Shown here: positions 53,548-64,000 of the stretch, in pieces | Layout of the letters: each line of letters opens with the position of its first letter | Numbering within the stretch: position 1 is the first letter of the stretch | From: the human T2T-CHM13v2.0 reference genome, Homo sapiens | Assembly: GCF_009914755.1 (NCBI RefSeq) | Contig: NC_060926.1 | Direction: 5' to 3' (one strand) | DNA length: 64,000 bases | Notes under the pieces: model-generated | Told to the model about the DNA's origin: nothing | Database searches by the model: none | The model's input: only the letters and a program-made list of their open reading frames with translations | Position numbers and translations under genes: made by a program

Positions 53548-54954
53548 CAAAAAAACACATAAAATTTTTTTTGTTTGTTTTATTTCATTTTTTTTTTAAG
53601 AAAAGAAGAGCTACCGTTAGCTGTAGAGTAGTATTTTCGTTAAAGAATGTGCAAGAAAAAATTAAAATAAGACCCAAGGTAAGCCTGAAAAAGTCACATT
53701 CAAGGCTAGGGACTAGCAGAGAGAAAGCACATCAGGACCCCAATAGAAACCTCTGAACTAAAGAAGCAGCACACTACATTGTTTCCATTGATGGATTTCT
53801 GACAAACTATTTTTCCTAACTCATCTTTGTGTTCTAATAAAATTTGTACCTTGACGTACCTAATACCCCAGGTTTGGGCCAGGCCTGTTATGTCGCCCTC
53901 TCACCCAGTTCTACAGGTTTCTTATCACCTTCCCCATCTTCAAGCTCACAAAAATCCTATAAAGAGGACCGACCAAGGAAATAGGCCTATTAAATAGGTG
54001 ACTTTTTAAAATGGGAGAATTTGGTACCGATTCAGAAAAAGACTTGATGACAATGTTACTTGTTGAACAAAGGTTATCCCAAACTAAGCAGATCAAACTG
54101 GAATGCAGAAAGGAGCAGGCTCCCCCTCTAGGAATTTCTGTTGGTTAGAATGTTCCTGAGCTTAGCATCTCTATGTATGGTCTCCAGAGTTAATGTACCA
54201 TATTTTCCATGGTTTGATGAAGACTCCAGAGCCCTTAAGATATGAATTGCTATAATTCCTAAATCAAACAGCATTCAATTCAGTTCCAGACCATTTCAGG
54301 GTAATAAGACCGGTATTTCTTATTTTAATTAGTCATTTTATACTTCTAACAACTTCTTTGACAATCTTGGATTACTTGTTTGTTTATATGTGATAAAAGC
54401 CATGTTTCGCTAAAAATACGAATGCTACATTTGAATGTCCATTTACATTTTAGTAGTTATGGAAATAAACTATCGAGGCCTTTAGATTATGGCTTTTTAT
54501 AGACACTGAATACAATCACCTAATCTATTTTAATATTATCCCTTTCAGCTGTCTCGTGAGCATCCCCTAACACAGCAGAGATATCAAGTTGATAATATAA
54601 ATTCAAGACAAAATGTCTGAACACTCATCAGAAACTGTCTTTTAGTTTGCAGAGAAATTTGTGCCTGACATTTGAAATTTTCAAGATAAATAAAAAAATC
54701 GTGGCCACATAGAAGTATTATGTTCTATTTCTAGATTTTAAATTCCTTCAGTGTGAAGACTGTTTCTTATCCTTGTCTCCTGAATACAGTCTCTTTATAC
54801 ATGATGCTTACCCAAGAAAATTTTTATTGCATTAATAAATGTGAAAATGAGTGGTGTTCATATCATGATTAAAAACTATTTTTTCTCCAAGTCTATATGC
54901 TAGTTAGTGAAAGCATCCCCTAAGCACAAAAAAAACTAAAATAATATGAAAAAG

Positions 54955-55055
54955 TATATAAACATATATATGTGTGTATAGATATATAGATACAATGATA
55001 TATATTCATCCTTTGATCACAGACAGTTATATATTTCCTATTGATTATATATCTA
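54955..55055. repeat. Imperfect TA-rich low-complexity tract
   Basis: 'tatataaacatatatatgtgtgtatagatatatagatacaatgatatatatt...'. Confidence 0.7.
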
Positions 55056-55101
55056 CTATGTTTAATGTTCCGCATCACATATTTTTTAATAAATTAATTC
55101 C

Positions 55102-55419
<318 letters not shown>

Positions 55420-56864
55420 TTAATTCTTAGCATAGGCATACAAAGGGAATTACATTCTCCATGTCACAAAGAAGTGAAATAATGCTTCTTTGTGCATTAT
55501 TTTGCATAGCTGAAATGCACCAGAGTCACGATTCAGTCTAAACTGTACCTGCCTATCTTCAGGTAGCACAGTCACTCATTTCACCCCTTGCTCCCACGGC
55601 TGGCAGAATTCTGGAATGACTCATCCTGAGTGCAAATTGAGCAGCCCCAGATGCCATGCCCGTGAAAGAGAGCTGAGACACTGATCCAGTCTCTCCAAGT
55701 CTTTCGGTGTTTGCTCAAAGGTTATTACCAAACTTTAAAACCAAAACAGCTCTAAATATACATGTTCCTCAAAATTAGATATGCTGACAAGAGAAATGGA
55801 GACCAAGTTTTTAAAGCTCAAAATGAATTTCAGCGTTACAGAGTTCTTTATACATAGGGACCATTTGGAAGCCCCAAGGAAGCGACCTGCGATGGGAAAC
55901 AAAGCTCTTGTCCCCACTCCTCCAGCGCCCGGTGTGTAACTTTAACAAGTCACTTATGTGCCTTAGAATGCAGTGTCCTTCCTTCTAATGAAATTGTATA
56001 TAAAATTAAAACGTTGAGAACAAATACAAGAGGAACTGCTGGCTGCCACCCAGGCAGCCTCCCTCCTGATGCCTTGGTAACAGCTTCTGGGCCTCTCAGT
56101 GAAACTCTGGGATCCTGAGTACTCAGGTACCTATTAATCTAAGCCATATGATCATGACACTCCTAACTATAGCCTCAACTAATATAATTTTTTAGAATTC
56201 CTATGGGAACCAGTTTACAAAAAGAGAACCCGTGAGTCATGATCATGATCATATGGGTAACCAAGAAACATAACTTCCAGAATTTATTCTTGGTTTCTGT
56301 AACTGCAAGTTGCAAATGCCCTGAAAAGGTCTGATTTTGTTCCTGATACAAAGAATGGATGTCACTGTTTTACAAGCTTGAGAACCACAGATGCAAGCCC
56401 AACCTTGCTAGAATCGGCTAATGAAATGCTGGATGTGGAGGCGACCCCACAAGACATTGCAGGCCCAGAGAGGTGAATGTGGGGGCCATGGTCATGAAAT
56501 GGTGTCAGTCCCATAAGCTGAAGGATCGTCTAGGGAGTGCAGGCCAGTGAGAAGAGAGGAGCCCAGGATAGACCCCAGGGACCCCAGGGAGCCCCCTGCT
56601 CATTCAGGAGCAGCCAGCCTGAGTGAGGCCAGCAGGAGAGGGTGCTGTGTCCAAGGCCAGGAGTTTCAGAAGGAGGGAGCTTCCCGAGCTTCCAGAGTTG
56701 CTGAACGTGCTGAATGAAGGCTAAGTAAGGGGCGACAAAGCAGCCCAACCTGTGGCAGCCTTGACAAGAACACAGGGAGTGCAGCGAGGGGCAGAAGCCT
56801 GGCCCCCCTGGGCCCAGGAGGAGCCCGCATGGAAAAAACGGGTCCAGTATGGTCAGTGCCACCC

Positions 56865-57432
56865 GCAGGGCTGCCTGCTCTGATACCCTGTGCTAGGAAG
56901 TCAGTGCCCCATGCCAGCCTGGACATTCTTAAGACTTTTGTCTTTCAGTTTGTTTTGTAAGTGAAGTCTGATGGGACAATGGGCAGAAAAGCATGCACTG
57001 GGGCCCTGGGTCCTCATGTCTGCATAGTTCCACCTCCTCCTTCGGCCTCCAGGGGTTGGGGTCTCCCCACTGCCACCACTGCCACCCTCCACCACATGTT
57101 GACTGAGAGAGACCACCGTTCTGCCCCCTGATCCCCAGTGGGGACCTGGGCCAGGATGTGTGAAGGTCGGGCTTTGCCGTGGGCCTCGTGACATCTCGGG
57201 CAGGGGCCCATGGCCATCTCCATCCCTCAGTGCATTTGGGGGCAGGTCTGTGGTGTCTTCCTGCCTACCCATGATCCAGGTCCAGAGCGCATCTGGTGCA
57301 GAGGCTGCAATCCCTGGAGGAGTGTCTTCCACTGGCGTTGCACAGCCACCTGGGAAGGGAACATTAACTTCCTACCTGAGTGGGCCCTACATTATCGTTT
57401 TGCATGGGGCCCAGCAAATTATGTAGCTAGTG
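56865..57432 (+). mobile_element. MER45-family (MER45C-like) hAT-Tip100 DNA transposon relic
   Basis: 'ttttgtaagtgaagtctgatgggacaatgg' and terminal 'ggccctacattatcgttttgcatggggcccagcaaattatgtagctag' match the MER45 consensus as recalled; explains the local GC richness. Confidence 0.7.
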
Positions 57433-57914
57433 AAGGTGGTAACTTCATGAGGTTCAACTTTGAAAAGGAGCAGAGAGGTGGCACAGAACCTGGCAGGAGA
57501 TGTAAGATCAAACAAAATTTCTCATTTTTTAGGGTGGGCAGTGCTGTGTATGTCTATGGTTTTGGGGATAAACGCATAGGAGGGAAAGACTGAGGCAGCA
57601 AGAGAGGGATGGGAGGAGAGCTACAGGTGGGAAGTCCTTTCAAAGCAACAAGAGCTAGCGGTGAGCCAGATGGCCTTCGCCTAGCAACGCAGGAAGGAAA
57701 AAGGCAGAGGTTTGGTGATGGCAGGATGAGGAAGGGCGAGGCTGCCCCCTTCCATTTAGTGCATCACATCTAAGCAATTGCCCTGGCTGAGTGTGAAGGT
57801 GGAGGAGGCATGTGGAAGTCAGTGGAGAGATGCCAGTCCCGGCAAGGGGAGAGCAGGAGAACCAGAGGGTCTAGTGGGATGGACGGCTTCCTCTGCGCCA
57901 CTTTTCGCAATGTT

Positions 57915-58045
57915 TAGTTGTTTTGTCTATTTATCTGTGTTATTTGCATTTTGTCTCTCTCCCTGATGAGAATGTGAACTCTGTGAGAAGCCCTACCCCC
58001 AGGCCCAGGGCCTGGCTCATGGTGGAACTCAGCAAAGTTGTTAGT
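57915..58045 (+). mobile_element. L2 3'-end fragment
   Basis: 'ttgtctctctccctgatgagaatgtgaactctgtgagaag...gcctggctcatggtggaactcagcaaag'. Confidence 0.6.
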
Positions 58046-58894
58046 AGAAAAAAGGGACCAAGGATGGCAGGTAAGGAGGAGATGTCAGGTCTCGTAGCCT
58101 AATGTAATCATTATTCAGGTTTAGCCTATGTCTCCTAGAAAAAGGTGTGAATTTGACATAATTAACACCTCAGGGGCCAAATAATCTGGAAATGATTTGC
58201 AGCTTGTGAATTGATGGGACCGTGCTGTGGCCTCATAACTGGATGTGCTGAATGAGGACTCTATCCCCGGCACACCCTACCTGCCTCCATACTCAGTACT
58301 CAGTACACTTGTTTTCTCACCCTTTGGGAATATGGGTAGTATCCCCTTGGCCTGTTACCCCTTCGGTGTGCAGTGCTGACTTCACTGAAGGTGGAGATGG
58401 TTGTGAAGCCATTCGTCTTCTCCTGGGGTAGCTGAGCCCTCACAAACAGCAGGTACCTTTCCTTCTGGGTTATTCTGCAGCACGTCAAAGGCTGGCCCAG
58501 AAGAGAACGTAATTACTGTGACTAAGTTCAGGCTCTTCCCCAAATCGTACCTGACTGGCGAGTGAGGGAGGGAGTATTTAATGAGGAAGGGCTCATGGGG
58601 TAAAGGCTAATGGGCAGGGCTTTGGCAGGGTGGAAGCGGAGATACACCAGAATAGTGGCAACAGAGGTCAGCTGCTGCTGAGATGCCTTTGTGTCTCTGC
58701 TGCGGGGAGTGTCAAATCTGCTTCTGATGGGCTAAATGCAAGCATTCAGCTATTGAGTAGGTCTTTCAGATCCAACATACAACATTTCTGGGGAGATCCG
58801 ACTAGAGTCCACGTTCTGTATCATGATATGGGAGTCCTGTGGTCTGCACGGCCACACTGAATGTCTGCAGTGAGCTTTCTCTCTCCAGCCAGTC

Positions 58895-58993
58895 CTAGCC
58901 ATGTGAAGCTCCTCTGAGGTGAACTGCAGGCCAGCATCATTTTCTCCCCATTTTACTGTAAAGAAACTGAGGCATAGTATGTGAAATAGATAA
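58895..58993 (-). mobile_element. MIR fragment
   Basis: 'tctccccattttactgtaaagaaactgaggcatag'. Confidence 0.75.
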
Positions 58994-58997
58994 CAGA

Positions 58998-59294
58998 TTT
59001 ATTTATTTATTGAGACGGAGTTTTGCTCTTGTCGCCCAGGCTGGAGTGCAATGGCAAGATCTTGGCTCACTGCAACCTCCCGTCTCCTGGGTTCAAGCAA
59101 TTCTTCTGCCTCAGCCTCCCAGGTACCTGGGACTATGGGCATGTGCCACTATGCCAGGCTATTTTTTTTTTTTTAGTAGAAATGGGGTTTCACCATTTTG
59201 GCCAGGCTGGTCTCGAACTCCTGACCTCAGGTGATCTGCCCGCCTTGGCCTCCCAAAGTGCTGGGATTACAGGCGTGAGCCACTGTGCCCTGCT
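58998..59294 (-). mobile_element. AluSq/Sp-like element with (TTTA)n tail
   Basis: 'gagttttgctcttgtcgcccaggctggagtgcaatggc'; full dimer. Confidence 0.95.
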
Positions 59295-59319
59295 CAGATC
59301 TTTACATTGTAGAAAACTT

Positions 59320-59515
59320 TCCAAATGTACAAAATACATTCACATGTATTATTTTATTTGGCTTCCATAACAACTACAGCAGGTGACCTAGACAGGTATG
59401 ACTATTCCCATTTCGTAGAAGTCAGAGGGACTAACGTTGCACGGTTGATACGTGGTAGATTTAGAACCCAGGTCATTGGGTTTCTAGTTTCGTGCACTTT
59501 TGACCTCACTGCCCT
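59320..59515 (-). mobile_element. MIR fragment
   Basis: 'cttccataacaactac...ctattcccatttcgtagaag...gtagatttagaacccaggtc'. Confidence 0.55.
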
Positions 59516-59954
59516 CCTTTATAACCAGATACTGGCCAGAGATAGTCACGGTTCTGCAGTCAGCTGCTCCAGACCCCTGAGGGAATTAACTGGGGTTAAT
59601 TCCCAGTTCCCTGGGGACTAAGGATCTCTTACTCTTCTCTCCAGAACTGGGAGCTGCTTCCTTCAACTCTAGCCCAAAATGCTGGCTGGAAAGTAGGATA
59701 CTAGCCTCAAAAGGGGAGGAAACTCAAATAAGCTCATGATAACTGAGTATCAAAGGGAAATGGCCACAATCCAAATCCTTCTTGCTCCATGTACATCTCC
59801 TAGATGGAATCAGTGAATTCGAAGAGATATATGGCCGAGGGAGATTGCCCAATTCCCCAGGGCTGCTTCCAAGACCCAGATGTCAGTAGCGGTGCTGGAG
59901 AGGGACGACTTATAACCATATGCCAATAACTTCAAACAGAACTCTGAAGTTTGA

Positions 59955-60210
59955 AAGTCCATGGCTTTCATGGACCCCAGACACTTTTGCCTGCATAAGT
60001 CCCTTCCTCCATAAAAATAAGATTAAAAATAATATTTTCCAACTGTGTTGGTATAAAACAAATATATTAATATTTTATATTAAATTTTTTTCTAACCTTA
60101 AACTTTATTTTTTTTTCTGAATTTATAAGAAATGAAAACATTTTTGTGCTCTACTAAAAGTATTGCCGACCTTAGGCACTGCGCCCCTAGGCCTAATATG
60201 TAGGCCAGAG
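59955..60210. mobile_element. Probable non-autonomous hAT DNA transposon relic (family uncertain)
   Basis: AT-rich core with GC-richer ends ('catggaccccagacacttttgcc...' and 'taaaagtattgccgaccttaggcactgcgcccctaggcctaat'), as in Tip100-type MITEs. Confidence 0.45.
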
Positions 60211-61504
60211 GTGGCTTAAAAATTCCAGGCCCTCCCTGAGCCACATGCTCTGCCTTCTCTCCCTATTGTTTTTTGCTGTTGTGTTTTAGTTTTCAAAAAT
60301 GATGACTAATCCCAACCATGTCATAATAGAAGAGCAAAGAAGGAAAACTTTTATTTCTTCTCTATGATGTCAGAGAATTCTCAAATCTCTGGCTACGGTT
60401 TTAATCCTCTGCTTTTGTTAAACTTCCAAGTGTTGCATTGTCACCAAATACATTAGTGCTACAAAATATCATTAAGTCAGCTGAGCTCACCCTTCCAGCT
60501 GTTACAATAAATGGGCAAAATAAAGGAAAACCAAAACCCCAAGCGGTTTTAACAATGTGATGATTGATGATTGAGTTCTATTTCTCTTTCCTCCTCCCCT
60601 GTATTTGGCTGCAAACTACTTAAGCCACCTCCCCAGCGTTTTTGGCCCTTGAGTAGGAGTGTGCCCTTGCCAATGCAGAGAAATCGAGCTAGGCTTTCAG
60701 GCTTGGAATCCACTATGTACTCAACTCCCAAGCCTTTTGAGCTTCAGCCATAATTAGTTGTAATGTGTTTATGGGGCCAAGAGAATTTAAAACATGCAAG
60801 ACATGAGTCAGGACAGGATGATATCAAAATCCTTATTTATTCTGGGTTTTAGTCTAATCTCATTGGGTTCCACACGCATCGTTGTTTTTCTTGAATATTA
60901 GCAAGGTAGGGAAAGATGGGAAATCCCTGCAGGATTTAGACATTCAGGCCCGTACCCAACCAATCCTTGTGGAAGGGTTTATGTTTCTTAAACTCATATC
61001 CTACACAATGGGCTCGGCCCTGGAAGGTCATGTTTTGTTTTCCTTTCATTTGGCTAATAACCCAGTAAATATTTGCTCTCATGACCAAAAATCATCCTGA
61101 AATACATGCAAGCATATTGAATGTCAAGAAAAACATGGGCATATGGCGAAAAGCCGTGGAAGAGGAAGAGAGTATGACATTGCAAAGCTGCCTTCACTTT
61201 CTGCAGCCACTGAGCAGTTCTAAAGGAACTCCTAATACAGTGATGCAAAATCTATGCAGTTTCAAGGACTCCTTGTAAATTCTTTCCATTTCCACGGCCC
61301 ATGCCTTCTATAAACATTGTTTTCTGAAGACATAGCCTGGACTGGCTTCTGAGAGCAGCCAAGTAGGCAACAAATTCCACAGTACTACTTGAAAACCTTT
61401 AAGAAAGTACACTTCCCCCAGAGAGATCCCAACCTACACCCATCTCCAGCCCCACTCCTCAGACCTACCATCGTGCTGAGTCCACCATTCTGAATATTAC
61501 TCAG

Positions 61505-62112
61505 TCTTCAAAAAGAATGAAATTCTTACACACGTTATAGTGTGGATGAACCTTGAAGACATTATACTAAGTGAAATAAGCCAGATGCAAAAGCCTATGT
61601 ATTGCACGATTTCACTTAGATGTTGTGGACTGAATGTCTGTGTCTCCCCAGAATTCAAATGTTGAAATCCAAACATCCAATGTGAAGCTATTAGGAGGTG
61701 GGGGCTTTGAGAGGTGATTAGGTCCTGACAGTGGAGTCCTCATGATGGGATTAGTGCCAGTATAAGAAGAGACACAGGAACTTGCTTCCTCTGCCATATG
61801 AGGACACAGCAAGAAGACAGCCATTTGCAAACCGGGAAGAAAACCATCATCAGAGCCTAGTGCATGGTATTTTTGTTACAGTAGCCAGAAATGACTAACA
61901 CATATGAGATACCTAGAATAATCAAACTCATAGAGACAGAAAGGTAGTTGCCAGGAGCTGGAGGGGAGAGGAGAATGAGGAGTCAATGTTAATGGATTTT
62001 CGGTTTGAGAAGAGGAATGAATTAAACACATTCATGTTGTTGTGCGACCATCACCACTATTCATCTCCATTTCTGGAGATGTATATTTTACTATAATTTT
62101 TTTTTAAAAAAA
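61505..62112 (+). mobile_element. L1MB-type 3' end, interrupted by an MLT1A LTR and carrying a micro-inversion
   Basis: 'ggatgaaccttgaagacattatactaagtgaaataagccag' resumes after the LTR at 'tatgagatacctagaataatcaaactcatagagacagaaag'. Confidence 0.88.
61621..61902 (+). mobile_element. MLT1A/A0-like MaLR LTR, internally deleted
   Basis: Start 'tgttgtggactgaatgtctgtgtctccccagaattcaaatgttgaaatcc'; end 'atggtattttgttacagtagccagaaatgactaacaca'. Confidence 0.88.
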
Positions 62113-62353
62113 GATTTCACCATTCATGTCATTTCCTTGTGTAATGGCCTCTCTCCAACAAGCCTCCATTATAGTGCAATTACCCCAAGGCAGCCCCTAC
62201 CTTCATCAACAGTCACTAATGTGGGAAGAGCAAGGTAGGAACCTAATCTGGGGTCCATGGGTTCTGGCTCCCGCTGGGGAGTGGGGGATCTATAAGAGGA
62301 TGTGAAATGGTTGTGGAGGGCAGGAATGAGAGACACAGAAAATGAGACAGAGA

Positions 62354-62356
<3 letters not shown>

Positions 62357-62409
<53 letters not shown>
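62357..62409. repeat. (AG)~26 microsatellite
   Basis: Read directly; uninterrupted. Confidence 0.97.
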
Positions 62410-62416
<7 letters not shown>

Positions 62417-62717
62417 CAAGCACCAAAATTGTTTCTAGGACAGGGGTCATGGTTTTCATTAGATTCTCTAGTGAATCTGAGCCCTCTTCCAGACCCGCTG
62501 TCCCCAAAAAAGCCCCAACCTTACAAGGCATTAGTTGATGGGGTTAATCCTTGTCTTTGGGGTGGAAGGAAAGTGACAGTAAGGAACATCCTGAGGCTAC
62601 TAGCTGTCCTTTATGGAACGCTGGTTATGTGCAAGGCACTCCTCTGCACATCTCTACAGGGTTACTTCAAATGATTCATCTAGCATCTACACAGGAGCTG
62701 CTAGATACTTTTCCAGC

Positions 62718-63195
62718 TTTAATTCTTTTTTAATGGGGGTAAAATATACTTAACATAAAATTTACCATTTTAACTATTTTAATGCAGTTCAGTGGAATTA
62801 AGTACATTCACATTGCTGTGCAACCCATCTCTAGAAATTTTTTATCTTGCAAAACTGAAACTCTGTACCTGTTAAACTCCTCATTCTCTCCTCCCTCCAG
62901 CCATTGGCAACCACCCTTCTACTTTCTATCTGTATGTATTTGACTACTCTAGGCACCTCATGTAAGTGGAATCATGTACTTTTATGTCGGGTTTATTCCA
63001 CTTAGCATTATGTTCTCAAGGTTCATTCGTGTTGCAGCATGTGTCAGAATTTCCTTCCTTTTTCAGCTAAGCAATATTCCATCGTGTGGATAGACCACCT
63101 GTTATTTACCCATTCATTCATAAATGGACTCTTGTGTTATTCCCGCCTTTTGGCTATTGTGAATAATGCTGCCATGAACATGGTGTACAAATAGG
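62718..63195 (-). mobile_element. L1MB-type 3' end
   Basis: 'aacataaaatttaccattttaac...cagttcagtggaattaagtacattcacattg', 'tttgactactctaggcacctcatgtaagtggaatcat', 'cttttggctattgtgaataatgctgccatgaacat'. Confidence 0.92.
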
Positions 63196-63197
63196 AG

Positions 63198-63330
63198 CTG
63201 TTAGTATTATCTTCATCTTGTAAAGGAGGACATGGATACAGAGAAGGAAGTCACTGTTAAAAGTCACACAACTGATGATAGTGGAGCCAGGATTTGAACC
63301 CGGAGCAGTGGACCCCAAAGCCCATACCAA
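63198..63330 (-). mobile_element. MIR
   Basis: 'aaagtcacacaactgatgatagtggagccaggatttgaacccgg'. Confidence 0.75.
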
Positions 63331-63732
63331 GGACATTTGTGTCTTGATCCATTTATTAAAAGCAAGCAGAGTAAGAGGGTCAAGAACTATCATATTTACG
63401 TTAAATTTCCTTCTTCATAGCCCATCGATGCCCAAAAAGTACTTCCAACTTACTAAAATAATTAAATAGATAACACATAACATTGAAAACCATTACAACA
63501 AGAATGAGCCAGAAGCAAGTAATAGGAGAATGTTGGGGGACGGATATAAGAATCCCTGGCTGCTTAGCTTAATGTAAGTGGTGGCAGGTCTTTCTGGAAC
63601 ATCAGTTTTACTCCAATATTTGGGGGAAGACACTAGTTTGTTTCATTGGTAATGTAAAGTCATACTTTTATATTAGAAGAGGTATTGACATGACTTAAAA
63701 AAAGAAGTTTACATAAATTTTCATATTTTGTA

Positions 63733-64000
63733 ATTTTTTTTGAGACAATGTCTTGCTTTGTTGCCCAGGCTGAAGGGCAGTGGCATGGTTATGTCTCATT
63801 GCAGCCTCAAACTCCTGGGCTCGAGTGATCCTCCCACCTCAGCCTCCCGAGTAGCTGGGACGGCAGTCACACACCACCACCCACCACTCCTGGCCAATTT
63901 TTTTGTAATTTTTGTAGTGATGGGGTTTCACCATGTTGCCCAAGCTGGTTTCAAACTCCTGGGCTCAAGCTACCTCTGCCTCCCACCTCTGCCTCCCAAA
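63733..64000 (-). mobile_element. AluJ, runs off the window end
   Basis: 'tgagacaatgtcttgctttgttgcccaggctg...gcagcctcaaactcctgggctcgagtgatcctcccacctcagcc'. Confidence 0.93.

Noticed and set aside
54559-54923. 12-mer agcatcccctaa repeated about 350 bp apart
   Set aside because: Could be chance or an old TSD; the intervening DNA is not one recognisable element.
56500-57600. GC-rich block with overlapping ORFs as a second island or exon
   Set aside because: CpG-poor and largely explained by a MER45-like transposon relic.

Overview
This is primate (human-like) non-coding genomic DNA, either intergenic or deep intronic, at roughly 40% GC by eye. I see no credible intact protein-coding exon. The ORF track is explained by Alu, L1 and low-complexity sequence or by chance. 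The only gene-derived sequence is a decayed RPL23A processed pseudogene (~48045-48556). The rest is interspersed repeats: 14 Alu/FLAM copies, one 5'-truncated L1PA with a perfect 14-bp TSD, several L1M, L2 and MIR relics, MaLR LTRs and hAT DNA transposons, several of them nested. The most functional-looking part is the centre: a CpG island (~28950-29580) and a small CpG cluster (~26700-27060) in repeat-poor DNA, both with clustered HOX/PBX/MEIS-type motifs and the island also SOX/RBPJ, suggesting a developmental enhancer or lncRNA promoter. I cannot name the locus from sequence alone and find no support for a novel multi-gene system. Findings are candidate regulatory elements and structural or evolutionary oddities. 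Repeat subfamily names come from recalled consensus sequences and boundaries are approximate unless a TSD is given.
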